A DNA stretch of 64,000 nt from Chlorokybus atmophyticus. Lineage: Eukaryota; Plantae; Mesostigma and Chlorokybus algae. The stretch is from the NCBI GenBank assembly GCA_009103225.1, contig RHPI01001202.1:378272-442271 (forward strand), written 5' to 3'. The notes below the pieces were generated by a model that was given only the letters and a program-made list of their open reading frames with translations, was not told the origin of the DNA and made no database searches. How positions within the stretch are numbered: the first letter of the stretch is position 1; each line of letters opens with the position of its first letter. A program made the translations under genes and the position numbers. Shown one piece after another: positions 12,244 to 26,491 of the stretch.

Positions 12244-13938
12244 GAGCTACCGCAGTGCTTTGTTTTGGGTGCAACACTGTTGCAGCAACAGTACTGGCAC
12301 TTTATAGACGTGGCATGCGGAAGTGACAGCGCAGATGCACGATACGGCCGCGCTTGGGTAGGCCTTTTCATTGGCCTAGGGCGGCACACTTCATGACAGG
12401 CAATCACGAGCACAGATTCCAATCATGAGCGAGTTAGGGTACAATATGCGAACGAAAGCGGATTGTGTGGTCTGCTTATCGTCAATGGGACGATTCTGTG
12501 GGGTACTGACTTTTGTGAAACGGTACATCGAATGCTGCACATCGGCCAACAGCCTCCTCAAGCCGATACGACCCCGTTGGTGCCGGTTGCCCTTTTGCAC
12601 CTTTTTCGTATCGTGGCCTTTGTAACCACACCTTTGTCAGAAGCTGTGCTGCGCTTCTGAAGAGCCGCTTCATGTCGGCATTTCTGCCGCAGCAGGATGC
12701 CTTGCAGCCGGCTTTTGTCGCTGGTTTAAAAAAGAGGATATAGCCACCCGTTTGCGGCTGTCTGCAGCTGCAGGCGTATCGGACAAGTTGGCCGATCCGG
12801 TGGACGGAAAGCTTATCGTCGGACAGTCCGCCTGTCGCGCGCGAAGCGCTGAAAACTACCACACAAAAAGGTTGTGTGCGTATCATATCATTGCTACTTG
12901 AGCCGGGCGATTTCCCTGGCTTGTTTTTCTTTTGGGGCTGCGGGGCTTTGGGAGGATAGAAAGTGAGAAAAGCGAGAAAAGTGGGGGGCAAAAGGGGCGA
13001 AACAAAGTTAAACACACACCCCAGATCAGCAGGCTTCGCCGGCCACTTTACTTTCCAGAATTCATTCATGCGAAGCAGCGGGGGGCCTGGCGGGAGCTCA
13101 GCACAGCTTAAGCTTTGCTGCAGGCGTCAGGTGGGGTGTTGCTGCCGCCCACCACGCCGCCGCCTCCGTCGCCGGTGCCTTCCGCCGCCTTCCGCTTGCT
13201 GTGTGTGGTAAAGGGGGGTGGATTTTGGCTTCAATATACCAGCAGGTGAGAGTGGTAGCGAAATGTCGGAGCAAAACAAAACCCTTTCTGGCAGCTTCAG
13301 CCTGCTTGCGCCCCTGCGCGCTCAAGCACGCTCAACATTGCATGCAGTCTCAGTCAAACGAGTTGTCTCTGCTGCCTCCAGCTGCCCAAGCTGGCTTGCT
13401 GCGTCGCTCGTCTTGAGTGAGTGTCGTCCTTGAGCTGAAAACGTTAAAATGCCACCGTCAGCGTGGCCAAATCTTGCCTAGCAGTCAGTAGTAAACCGCC
13501 ATGTGGCAGAATAGCACCTGCCATAAGACAGGAGCTGTCGGTTTTGTTGATGCTGCCGTCTTGTCTTCGAGCCAAAACACCAATTTGCTGTGGGAGAGAG
13601 TGGACAGATGAAGCACTGAACCGCTGTGTGCTGTGTCCTTTTGTTGTGTTGCAACCGTGTCAGCTGCTGACGGTAAGCAAGTGATTGCGGTACACAGGTC
13701 ATAGGACAAACTGTCTTGAGCGCTAATTTTGCAGTTGAACCCTGCCTGATAGGCTGCTGGTGTCTGTGTAGGGTGGCAACCTGCTTGGGATGGGAGATTG
13801 CGTGCAGCTCTAAATTGCTCTCTTTGACTTTCAAGGTGCAGCAGACATGGCGCAATGCTAACATTGGCAATGCGACTCCCCATGTGAGCTGAATCAACGC
13901 GCTCGCGTGGTGTGCTAGAAGGTGCGGGGGGAAGGAGC

Positions 13939-16900
13939 ATGGACGAATGCAGCCCTCCACGCAAGCTGGCTCGCAAATCCGCAGCTGTGCAGGATACGAG
14001 CAATAACCATCAGGATAACGATGAAGATCCGCCTTGCGTGTTTGCCGACCTCCCGGACAACTGCTTGGCTGCGATCCTAGAAAACCTTCCGACAGTTCAA
14101 GATCGCATGGCTGCAGGGCTCGTGTGCCGGCGTTGGCTGTATATTGAGCACAGCTTTCGCCAACGGTATACGCTGCTCTTTGGGGAGAAGCTGGCCAAGG
14201 TCAGGGCAAACATTTGCTGTTGTGCATGGGTGCTTGCTGGCGAGCGCCAGGCACATTGTGCACCGTGTATACCGTCCCTCGGCTCGGTTATATCACCTGC
14301 ACGCACCCATATTCATATATATGTATATGTATTGCTGCTTGCGGTGGTCAACTCTCCTGGCTTCACATCTCCGCTCCCATAGGTGGCGCAAACGTTTCCT
14401 AGCACAACATACCTAGATGTAGCGCGTTGTCAGTTCAAGCACGGCGGCATTACAGACGAAGGGCTTAAGGCTGTGGGTGCCAACTGCAAAAGCCTGGAAG
14501 TTCTGGACATGTCAGGTGCATAGCGAACCCATGCACATATCTTCTTACTTCAATCATGTTTCTGCCATGGGCAAGTCTCATGTTATGCTTGCCACCATTG
14601 CACCATTGCAGGCTGCACAGACGTCACGGACGCCGGTTTGATAGCTGTAGCACAGGGATGTAGAAATTTAGTTTCTTTAAATATTAGCCAATGCAGTGGC
14701 CTTCACGACGCCGGACTCATTGCTGTGGGCGAGTACTGCAACGTCCTCCAGTATATTGACTTCTCCTTCTGCACTGGCATCGGCAACGATGGCGTGGCCG
14801 GCCTTGCTGACGGCTGCTGCCTCATCTATGGCCTTACTGGTATGGTGCTGGCTTGCACGCTGGTTGCGATGGCGTCCTCTCTTGAACTAATGATGTTGGT
14901 GTTGTTCAGCTTCAGGATGCACCAACGTCACAGACGATGGCTGGAAGCACCTGGGTAACCTCATCCTTGCAACCACGCTGAAGCTTGATAGAAACCCGCA
15001 CCTCGGTCACCAAGCTCTGCTCGCGATTGCGCAAGGCTGCAACAGCCTCAGCACGCTAAGCTTGGACGAGTGCACCAGCGTGGATGGCGCGTCTCTGGAG
15101 GCCTTCTCCACGGATCGCGTGCCGCTGCAAGCTCTTCGCCTAAACGGCTGCTCGGTCCGTACAGAAGTGATGATGTTCATAGTGTTGATGATGATGACGA
15201 CTATGATGCTGATGACGATGTTGATGTATGACGATGTTGTGTCATTCCGCACATGGGTTGTGTCTTACTGGCTGTTTCTGGTGTGTGGGGCAGAATATCA
15301 ATGAGTTTGGACTTGCGTCATTGGGGCGCAGCTGTTCTCGACTCGTTATGCTTCAGTTGAACCGGTGCCCAGGGGTAAGCCTGTGCCAATGGACATTTTT
15401 GTGTGTCACTTTGCAAGCTTGCGCAACTTTTATAGTTGTATATCACAGGTCACCCGGTACGCCATCAGCATGATTGCACGTGGGTGCTTGGAGCTCGCTT
15501 CCTTGCACATCAGCCATTGTCCATTGGTCAATGATGAGTGTCTGGAGGTAGACTCCTGGCTTGCAGTTTGTGTGCAATGTGTGGTGACAGTCAGTCGTCC
15601 CATTGCTCCAGCGTGCTCACGACCAGGTTGCGCGCAGATACTCGCACAACACTCTTCGAACCTAGTGTTGTTGAACTTGACGTCTTGTTCTGGAATAGGG
15701 GATGAGGGGGTCACAGTACTTGGCCATCACCCAGCTCGCAGCCAGCTAAAATCCCTGTATCTTGCTGAGTGTCAAGGTACATGTTGGTGTGTGCTGTCAC
15801 ATGTGTCGTCACTGCAGTCGACGTTGCGACTGTCAGGGCTGCACACATAGGTTTGCTATAGTATCAAGGTGCTTTGCATACTGTGCACCACGGAGGGCGC
15901 GCATGCTTGAGTAAGTGCATCCCATTCTCTTAACCCCCCAACATCTGTTTGTGTAAGATACGGCGTATCTGATACGCCATCAAAAATTTTCTTGGTATAT
16001 AGACAAGTGCATTCGGAGTTCTTGCAATGCAAACCACAAAAACAGGGCTGGGATTCGTGAGTGACTTGCTGCTCAATTAGCAGTGTAGCACGCTTGGGCG
16101 TGGGCTCTCTTGCTTGGTCGTTGCTTCGTCAGTGGCAATGCACATATGGTCGCGTGGGGCACTGCAGTATGTTGTCCCCTGCTCAACGGTGTACACAGTC
16201 AAGAGCCAAATTAGCTGAGTTAGTCGCTGTCTTGCAGGCTTGCAGCAATGCGAGCTGGCGGGTCTTGAGGCATTGGAGGTCCTGAGCTTATCGGGCTGCA
16301 CCAACGTGACGGATTACACGCTGCGCTCCATTGGCACGCACTGCAGAGGTCTTCAGTCCATGTCTCTGAGCGGATGCCTCCAGCTTGATGATATTGGGCT
16401 CGGGTTCATTGCCCGAGGCTGTGCCGTGCTTCACACCATCGAGCTCAACGACTGCCCGACCACTGACTTGGGCATCCAGCTAATGGTGCATTCGTGCAAC
16501 ATCCTCACTGAACTGCAGCTCGTACGATGCAACCTCATCACAGACAGGTATTACGCCAATATGCCAACCATCTGCTGTGTTGTTGCATCATTGCTGTCCA
16601 ACCCTCAGCCAACCACAGCTTCTCATAACGCTCTCTCCTCGTCAGCACAATGGCATCATGCAGAGTTTAGAACTGTGATTCAGAGTGACACAACTGTCAC
16701 AGGTCCCTTTTCGCAATTGGCAATGGTTGCACGCTCCTCGTCACGTTGGACTGTTCGTACTGCGATCGCATCACCGACGAGGGTCTGAAAGCTCTGGCTG
16801 CGGTGAGTGCTGTGTGCTGTGATGACATCAATGCCAGTTAATAGACTGGCCAAGTTGGGTCTTTCTTTTGTCATATTGCAGGGCTGTGTCTTGTTGGAAG

Positions 16901-17358
16901 ATATAGTCGTCGATAACTGCCCAAACATCACCGATGAAGGCCTCGGGGCGCTGGGTGAAGGCTGCCCGTCGCTTCGTCTGGTGGACGTTTCTAATTGCAC
17001 GCGGATCACAGGCAAGTTGCAACTGGCTGTCATGTTTTAGCCAATGCAACCTGACATGGCCAAACTCAAAGCTGGTTGTGTACAGCACAGCCAGTTGCAT
17101 GCGTTGAAGATATGTAAGTGTACAGCATCTGATTGGCTATATTTTGCTGTGAGTGCAGATACTGGTGTGGAGACATTGGTTCACAGTTGCCCATCAATAC
17201 AGCGATTGCGCATGCGCAATTGCACGCAGCTGACGGCCGCGGCACTGAGGAGCGCCTGGCAGCATTGCCATAAAATCCTGGACTTGGACGTGAGGGGTTG
17301 CGGCTTCAGCGAGGAAGTGCTGAGGGCCGCACCCTTGTACTGCATTGTCAGGCACTAG
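13939..17358 (+). CDS. F-box/leucine-rich repeat protein (FBXL-like), multi-exon
   Basis: F-box FADLPDNCLAAILENLPTVQDRMAAGLVCRRW in exon 1 (13939-14199). Many cysteine-containing LRR exons follow (ITDEGLKAVGANCKSLEVLDMS, LSLSGCTNVTDYTL, VDNCPNITDEGL, LDVRGC) with canonical GT-AG junctions. Confidence 0.9.
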
Positions 17359-20300
17359 GCTAGTCGTATTGGTATTTGAACGAGCGAGTCACACACGCAA
17401 GCATGTTGGCTTTCATGCACAGTTTGCACCATCTGAATAAGGGTGGCACTAGGTCCTGTAGCTTGAACCATTTTGTTGCAGTGGTTTTGTGGAGAAAGCT
17501 GCTGTACATTTAGTTGCATAAGCCGTTCAGCTAGAATTGTCAGCCCGGTTGGTTTCACCAATGTTGAGGTGGACTTGCTGTATGCTCTACTACTTATTAG
17601 GTTGGCACCTTACTATTCTATCCTGATGAGACTGGCATCTGTTGCCCGTGCAAAGTGTATAAAAGATACAACGGGCATCTCATGCTTGCTAGGTCACACA
17701 CCAAACGTGTTGACATGCCACCACACAGGTAGCCCGGTGGTGAAATAAGTTGCTGCCATGATGGACTGTGACTGCTGGTGTATGTTGCATGGGCCGTGCA
17801 ATTGTGAGTCACATGCACAGCATGCAAATTTTCTACACAGCAGCATACAATACACACTAGCAAACAATACATTCACTGGGTAGCTATTAGCTAGTTCACC
17901 TTTCAACCTATTATGCACCTAGCTACTCACCACCTCCGTCATGCATGCTAGCACAGTCGTTTAATTACCTGTGCACGTATGGGTAGTAGCCTAAGTGTAT
18001 TGGGTAGGCAATTAAACGTGTACGTAAGTCTCAAGAGCGTGCATGTCCGTGCAGACATCCAGCAATATATGCAGCCAGCAGTCCTCGTGCACCTCCCCCC
18101 TCCTCCCCCTCGTTCTCCTCCTCTGTCTTCCCCTCTCCTCCTCCCTTCCCATCATCCACACCCTCCTCCTAAGAAGGAGAGAGGAGAACTCCTCCCCTGC
18201 GTCGCTGCCCTGGTGGCTCTCATGGTGTAACCCTTGTCACGGGCGGGCCACCTCCCCCCTCCCCGCCCCTCTGCCCTGCACCTCTGTCTGCGACCGTGCC
18301 TCCACGCTGCAGTCGCTGTCGCAATGTATAATATAGAATGCCAGGATTGCGGCATGCATGAGAGTGTGACACACGTATAGCAAGTCAACTCAGCACACTA
18401 TGAAGCACTCACATTGACTATCGGGCTGCCAACCTAGTCACTACCTACCTTCACTACTGCCCCGGGCTGTAGTGCAAGGGTATGGGCCATACCCCATTAC
18501 ACATGCATGCATGCATGCTTGCGCGTGTCATCACTTGCACACAGCTGTTGCATCAGTGCCCCGTACATCCATGTGGTAGACTCACGCACTCCCCGCGCCG
18601 CTGCTCCCAACCCTCCACCGCCAACCATTGCAGTCTTTGCGTCATTGCCGCATGCAGTCGTGCTGCGCTTTAAAGTTTCATCAACCCGTGCAATGTATAG
18701 GGTATGCATCGTAGTCATCCCACAAACATGCTCATTTGCAAGTAGTCAGCACGCCCAAGAACAAACCACCACCAACATCAACACAATTATTACACAATTA
18801 TTACATCCGGGGCCTTCAGCACCTATCCTACACTACATTCAATGCCTTACGTGCAATGCAATGCAAATGTGGAGCAGCAGGAGGCACCAGCAGCCAACCA
18901 ACGACTCAACCAACCCATGAAGCACGTGCGATAGGCAAAGGTGAGAAGCGGTAGTGACGCGCAGCAAGAAACGAATGGCAAGACAAGTGCGATGATGTGC
19001 AGTAATGTGCTGCGTGCTCTGCCGCCCTTCCCACACATAAACCCCACGTCACGTCAACCCCCGCGAACTGTTCAGTGTGAGCCGCGAAAGGTGCAGCTGT
19101 CACGCCTAACAGGCAAGGCATGATCACTCTCAGCTGCTATGTTGCTTTATATGACATCATGGTTGCATAGGGAGTTCCAGTTCTTCGGTGGGTGCAGTAC
19201 CCAAGTGATGCGCTCATGCAACCAGCCCTTGTAATTAAGAAGTCTTGGGCAAGATGAATTGTGCAGCACACTAATAAGCAGCTAGCACAGAGCCGGTCAG
19301 TGTCTAGTGACAAGATCTGTTGTGACTGAGTGTCACATCTGCATGTTGATGTAACGACGTGCACATATGCCAGTGGCATATGCTTGTGTCTTCTGAGGAC
19401 CTGTGTGGCCAACACATAAGATTGCGTCAGCACATGCTAACCAATGAGGCCGGAGGCCGTTGAGTAAGCGTGTGGCCAAGTGGGAAGGCAATAGTAGAGG
19501 AGTACTTAAGGCTAAGCTGGAATGTGTCTGGCATTTGGTCTGGTGCTGTCTTGCTATGGGATTGGGGTGCTTAGCTGAGCTGTTCAAGGGGCTTTCCTCC
19601 CCCTCCTGGTGAGGGTGGTGCTGGTGGTTGGGTGTGGGTGTGTTGAGAGCGGAGGTGCTCCTGCAGAGAAGGGCGCCTCCTGAATGCACTTGGTGGCAAA
19701 GCTTTTCAAAGGCAAGTGCTTCCTGTTTGACCACCAAGCTCCGTCTCTCCGACACCCAGACGGGTCCGCCCCTTGCATGCTGTGTTGAGCATAGTCCTCA
19801 TGCATAGCATGTAACTGTACATGATGATACACACTGCCATGATGATGCACTCGTATAATTGAGTGCATTGGGGCCATGCCAGCTGCATGTGATATAGTTG
19901 GCAGGAGTGTGTCACACATGTGCACAAATTCTGACTTGCATTGCGCATTGTGTGCTGCTAGTCGTTGCTCTGGCATTGCGTGTAAGACGCTGTCAGGCTT
20001 ACAGTTGTTACAGCAGCAATGTTGGTGCAATAATGTATGCTGATGTATGCACAGCACTCCTTGTGTCGTTGCACCCATCCGGCTGCAGCTTTGTATGTTA
20101 CGGTCTTGTTGACAACGTGTGCATCATTGCTTACTTGGATGTAGTGGCTATGCGCATAACTATATGGGGCCGACGGTACAAAACAGGTTGAGGCGTGCTG
20201 TGAGGCGGCGAGATAAGGTGATGATATTAAAGATGCAGAAGGCATTACGCGCATGCAAGAAAGCACTTACCCACATGCAAGGAACAGTCATGCATGCTGG

Positions 20301-21111
20301 CATCACCTTCAACTTATACACACGACCACCGAGCTAGTGTGCTAGCACTAGCAACATCACCCGCTGACCGTGTCAGTCAGGTAATTACAAGTTTGCTTGC
20401 ATACATGCATGCAAACCCGTCATTACTTGCAAATAGCACGGTGTGTGATGTGCATGTATTGGTGGTGTGCTTGTTTGCATTTGGCTCCTACGGTGCATTT
20501 TCTTTTGCTTGATTGCAACTGCTATGTTTGCTAAGCACATATTATGTGCTTAGCAATATCTCTTCAGTGTAGAGAGCAAGCTGCTTCTTGCAGATGTACA
20601 TGGACACATACTCCTCTCGCATCTTCTATACACAGAACATCCAATGAATACTTGCATTGCTGCGACTTCTCACTCACACAAACACCATTACATCGCACAC
20701 TTCCACACAATCATCTCATGGTCGCACAACAAGGGGATGTGGGGGCAAAGGCCGAGTTACAACAACTAACTCATCAACTGCGACATGAACCTCACGGTGA
20801 GCCCTAAGACACGGACACTATGATCCTCATGTAGCACAACAAGGATGTGGAGCAAGAAGAGATAGCATGTAGCGAAGGACAACTTGCAGAGGGTAGGGAG
20901 CATGACATTGTTAGTAATGGCTTTCATTATGTCTGATTGCGCACATAGCAAAATCGTCACGGTGCCTGAATATACACTGAGCTGTCTGAGGGTGCCTAAC
21001 TAGAGCCTGAGCTATGTCTGAGGGTGCCCGATCTCGTCGGAATATTAGGTTAAGGGACTGACTGGACAAAAGTCACCTTTTGTAGACTTATGTTCACGGC
21101 CAATTGTCGTA

Positions 21112-21435
21112 CTGGCAAGTGGCATAAGCTTGCCAGAAGTTTTGAGCAGTCCGTGACATGGTACTCTAGCATCGCTGGTCGTCCTTGTACCGCACCCGTG
21201 GATGACGCCGTACACCATCAGTCCCGTGCCGTCTGCCCAAACGACATGTCTGTGCGGTACATGTGAGTGGGCGAGAGGCATATTTTTGAATGGCTGGATG
21301 GATTCTGCAATAAACGTTGTTAACAGGGGTATTTATGTTTTTTCCAAGCAAATGTCGGGTTCAACACTTTACGGGTTGTGGCCCACGACCCGTAGAGTGT
21401 GTTGAACACAATGTTTGGGTTGCTGGGCACAACCC
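21112..21435. repeat. Cluster of three inverted repeats
   Basis: ctggcaag..cttgccag (21112-21136); gttcaacact..tacgggttgtgg-c-ccacgacccgta..agtgtgttgaac (21359-21407); gggttg..caaccc (21417-21435). Confidence 0.7.
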
Positions 21436-21894
21436 GAGAGAGCGTTGTATGCACACTTATGTGAAAAGAGTATTTCACCACGGTGTCATGCTAACCCGAT
21501 TACAAGAAGACGCACGTTTTGAGCGGCAAGTATCCACTTATTGTGAGCCACACGAACCCGCCCACATTGAGTCGCTGCGCATGGTTCGCACCTTTATTCA
21601 TTGACAGGCATGGCGGAGCTGTTGTGTGACATGGCCAATCAAGGTTACAACTATCCTCTGTATTGGCAAAGCTGCATGGTCACCGCGGTAGTATTTCACA
21701 CAGCATGTTTACATGTTCATCAGCACATCAGCCAAAAATAATGTGAATATGTTTGATCGTTGTTGTTGGTGCTCTCTTATTGGTCAGAAGCTTGGGCCAG
21801 CCCATTGCACAGCGCAGTTGTTGTTGCTGCCATCGCTGCAACTGACATTGTGTGTGACCTACCTTGCCAATCGCTTGGGCACATACATCTACTC

Positions 21895-22176
21895 CCCCCN
21901 NNNNNNNNNNNNNNNNNNNNNNNNNNNNNNNNNNNNNNNNNNNNNNNNNNNNNNNNNNNNNNNNNNNNNNNNNNNNNNNNNNNNNNNNNNNNNNNNNNNN
22001 NNNNNNNNNNNNNNNNNNNNNNNNNNNNNNNNNNNNNNNNNNNNNNNNNNNNNNNNNNNNNNNNNNNNNNNNNNNNNNNNNNNNNNNNNNNNNNNNNNNN
22101 NNNNNNNNNNNNNNNNNNNNNNNNNNNNNNNNNNNNNNNNNNNNNNNNNNNNNNNNNNNNNNNNNNNNNNCCCCCC
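21895..22176. repeat. Poly-C-flanked assembly gap
   Basis: C runs on both sides of about 270 N. Confidence 0.75.
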
Positions 22177-22205
22177 TCTAACAGCAAGCGGACAGAGAGC
22201 ATTGT

Positions 22206-23982
22206 CTACCATACAAAGGGGATTACCGCTCTTCGTGTCCTTGGATAGTCTTCAAACTTGTTAAGGTACCACTCATGATGGTGCTTGCCTCTAGGGCCTA
22301 TGTTACAAAAGGTAAACAGCGCAAACGCTGCGGATGCCAGCGACCAGCTTGCAACCGCAAAACCTGCCCATTCCACAATCTCCCCAAAGTAATGCGCAGC
22401 TGCAAATACATGCGGGGAAGGAGAGAGAGCTTGTCAGACATTTACGGGACACCTTCAAGGATGCCTTGAGGCATACCACACATACCAAATCAAGCGCAGC
22501 TCACTCTTGATAGATGTGTACCTCAAGCAGGCAATCACACATTGTTACCTGAGACTAGCTCAAAGCAGCCACCTCGCGGTATTTTGTACCCTGCCGACAC
22601 CAGGCACGTTGACATTCTTTGTAATGAGGGCATGCATGCTACACAGATGTTGCAGAGCTGCACAACAATGCTACACTGTACCACTTACCATTCTCCCCAG
22701 GCTTTCTCAAGTTTCGCAACACGCTGTCTGAGTGCTGGTTGATCAACCTGCAGTTACAAATGCTGACTGCTGCGTACATGCATACAATTGGCAAAGCGTA
22801 TACACATGCAAGCTTAGGTTGTAACGAACAACTTACAAGCCAGCTGCCCAGATAACCACTCCAAGAAACAAACGGGGATTCAACTCAATTACGCGAAGCC
22901 TTGTCAAGTCACGCCCCTGCACAATGTTGAACAAACCACACTTGTGAGAATGTAAGGTACAAAAACAAAGAATTTGCAGTGACAGCAGTAAGCAGTAATC
23001 GTCCATAAACGTACCTGCATGTAACCGTTAACAACGCAGAATACAAACGACATGAGGCAGACAGAAAAGGGAGTGCCTTTGCCACCGCGCATGCGAAGCG
23101 GGTATATGAAAGCCCTGTTAGCATACTGCCACACAGCCAACTTGTCATGGTGCTGTTTAGTGCAAGATATGACCAGCTCTACACACGAGTAGCAGGGATG
23201 TGTTGCTCACGCTTTACGTGCAAGAGGAAGAGGTATAGCAGCAGCGTGTTGGCGGGGGAAAGAGTCCGGCCATTCATGCGCTCGTGCAGCAGCAAGCCGA
23301 GTGGTATTATGAAGGATGGGAACTCCTGAAGCACCCATGCCAGCTTGCCGTTCATCACGTAGCCCCACCCATCACGCACATACCTGCGTGTGCGGTGTCA
23401 CACCAACTGTCTCGACGAACTCGGATGTATACATAGCATCCAACAAGCACAGACGACTCTGAGGTTTTTACGCTTGCGTGCACGAGAATCTCATAACTTT
23501 GAGATGCGCGCAATTGCAAAAACTGGCTGCAAGACTGGGTCCAATGAGCATGCAAAGTAAAGTGGCAACTGTTGGGCGATTAACGTTTACGCACAAACAA
23601 GGTGACTGGTAGCAAGCACTCAGATGTGAGTAGTCGCAAGCAACGCAGCAGGTGCTCGTCATCACTGACGTAACCCCAATCGTCAACACACAAACTTGCA
23701 TTACCGCGCCTCACAATCAAACCTCATCAACACCAACACCAATCATCCTTGTCATCAGCATCGTCCTGCACACAGACGGCAACATGCATGCATGCTGGCC
23801 CAGGCCCGCGCCTCCTGCCTGCCGTAAGGGGCGGTGATTCCTGCCGTCAGCGCCAGGAAGGTGGGCGGCGCCAGCGCCAGCATGGCCAAGCAACACGCCG
23901 CGTGCAGGGGGGCGTCTGCTGGCTGTGGCGGCAGCGACCGCATCGCCGCCGCCGCCTCTGATTCTCCCGGATCCGCCACCAT
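22206..23982 (-). CDS. DET2: Steroid 5-alpha-reductase (DET2/SRD5A-like), 6 exons
   Basis: Spliced translation gives TAPYGR|YVRDGWG...AWVLQEFPSF, HYANRAFIYPLRMRGGK, INQHSDSVLRNLRKPGENGYKIPRGGCFELVS, AHYFGEIVEWAGFA, GPRGKHHHEWYLNKFEDYPRTRRAVIPFVW* (stop at 22206-22208). The start codon is uncertain. Confidence 0.9.
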
Positions 23983-26491
23983 GCGTCGCGCAATCTATTC
24001 CGCCGCCGCGGACCCTAACAACAATGGCCACGACAACAAGCGCAGCGATGCCGACAGCGATAAGGCGCCCACTTGCACCTAAATGTGTAGCTTACTGCAT
24101 GCACATGATGAGTAGCTTTCTAGTTGATGGTTGGATATTATACTTGTCAATGTGTCTCGCTCTCTTACCCACTCATAAGCAGGTTTGCGACTTTCACTGA
24201 CGTTAGCTACATTGTGTGTGGCATGGTATGAGTGGGGGTTGGGTGGAAACATGTACGTATTGGAGCATAAAGTGCGGTGTGCTTGCTGTTGACGCTCACA
24301 TCGTTTATTTGCGTACACATGTGCTTGTTGCTTTGTTGGATATGGTTGTTGTGCACCATGCTGACTAGATGTTGCGAAATTGTTGTTGCAGGGTCAGTTA
24401 AGGTCATTATTGTGTTATGTACATGACTTGTTTGTATGCTTCAAATTGGCACTGCGTGTTGGAGTGGCACGTGTGCTCGCATGCACATTGGCATGCGAGT
24501 GCCACACGCACGCACGGGGTGGGGATTGGGTGACATCAAGTCACTTATTGTCACATAAGCTACACGTAACGTGTACAAACATGCAATATGATTAATGATG
24601 CCATCAAGTCTAAGCTAACAGCGTATTGCTTGCGTGCAGCTATAGTGTACTGTTTGCTAATGTGCACGGTTGGTTGTGTGTTGTTTTGTTTTATGAAAAG
24701 CTCGGTTGCTAGGTTGTAATCTATGCACATTGTGTTTATGCACAAATTGATCGTGTGCTTTGTGCTTGTATTACATGCAAAAGTGACATGCGTGCTCGTA
24801 TTTCGTTGGCTATGTTATAGAAATGATCGCTTACGCGCACTCAATATGAGTGTGCCTTCCATGTTCAAGCATGTGGATCTTCCAAAGTAAATGCGCATAT
24901 ATATGGTCTCATGTTACAGCATACGGCCTCATGTTACAGCATATGCGCACATGAGGTCACATAATGAAGGCAGCTATATTGTCTTGAACTAATTATGTGT
25001 ATGCACGTGCATATGTGCACAGTTTCTCATTCTTTTCATTCATATTCGATTCATAAAGCATACATTCTGCAAATATGAACTGTATTTTGCATGTTGTATC
25101 AAGACAGACTTTTGATAAGTTCATATTTGTTGTTTGTAAATATTACAATGGATTGGCAAGTTGCATAACTAGCTATTTCCATGCAATCTCTCGTATGCAT
25201 AACTAGGTTATAGTGTAGACTAACGTGAATCAGCACAATGGATTACGTAAAACATCGATGCATATGTAGCGCACTGCAATACGCTGGTATGGAATATCAG
25301 CGTCTTGCGTTGCGCGATCCGTGATGTGTCATGATAGATCACGCAATTACGTGCATTCATCGCACACGTCAAGTGACACAATGGTCGCAGCATCAACTAC
25401 TTGTTGTCTACATTATAATGCTATTATGACGTTACATTATGGTTATTAATGAGCATGATAACGTGCACAAATAAGAACTGCAACACTGCAACGCTGTAAT
25501 TAACATTACCATCGATTGTGTCAACGAGTTTCACATTGTATGTTATTGCATGAACTTGTTCATACGAGTGTGCATATGCATGACTCTGATGTATAAAATG
25601 AACCACACTGCAGGCACGAGCAATCTAAGCAACCATGCATTACACATTTTAAGCACGATTTTACAATAACAATATCTTGCAATATATGTAGTTGCTATAT
25701 TGCCACTTGTGTCCACTTATGTTGGAGATGTTTAAAAGCTGTCATTCTGTTAACAAAGACAAAGCCAATTCAATGAGCCTACGGCACTCGCCCCTTCTCA
25801 GGTTATGACTCGTACGTTATGAACGAGTCGCTTGATTTCTGTGACAGGTATACCAGGTATAAGCATACGCTGCGTGATGACTCCTTATAAGAATGTTGCT
25901 ATTAAGGAGTGTGCTGCTACACACAACGCAGTGCATAACACGGTGTTATTAACACCTCGCACCACTGCTTACGTCAGCAGCCCCATCGCTTTCACCACGG
26001 CGGCTGCGTGGGGCACATAGCTGCCGGGGTCGGCGGGGCCCGCACCGGCAGGAGCCAGCTTGGTGTCTAGCCTGTGTTTGCAAGTGAGCTGTTTCAAGAA
26101 GAACTGGCGTGAACAAATAAAACAGGGAGCTTCGCTGGCGACCGACAAGTTGATCGCAGTGAAGAAGGTGCACTGGAAGCTGCACGCATTTCGCCAGTGG
26201 GAGTGTGTCATGCTGCAGAGATAGAATTGAACCCTGTACATTTTTTGTTTGTTGCGTTGTGGTGTGCGCGACTGTGTGCGCTTGCCACAATTGGTTGCAT
26301 GCAAGGTCGTTCTTTATTTACGATTGGCCTTGCGAGGATGGCACTCCAGGCTTGCGTTCCAGTGAGGCTGTCATGTCATGAGAGATGAACGTGTCAAAGA
26401 GTCAGGCTGCAGCTGTACTATATGCAACTCTGTGCACTTTTGTCCTATGCTTGTGTGCACCTGCACAAATGTTGTGCGCCTGCTGTTCCAG

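Noticed and set aside
15956-15978. Small overlapping palindromes agatacg-g-cgtatct and ggcgtatc-t-gatacgcc in an F-box intron
   Set aside because: Arms are only 7-8 bp with no supporting context, so chance or a local duplication is enough.
18452-18474. cactac..gtagtg palindrome as a minimal CACTA footprint
   Set aside because: Too short and lacks a 3-bp target-site duplication.
17900-21000. Many short ORFs between the F-box and DET2 genes
   Set aside because: No recognisable domain and no consistent in-phase exon chain could be built.
25949-26304. Minus-strand ORFs of about 110 aa upstream of the RING-CH gene
   Set aside because: No motif and no supported start or splice pattern; could be UTR or promoter.
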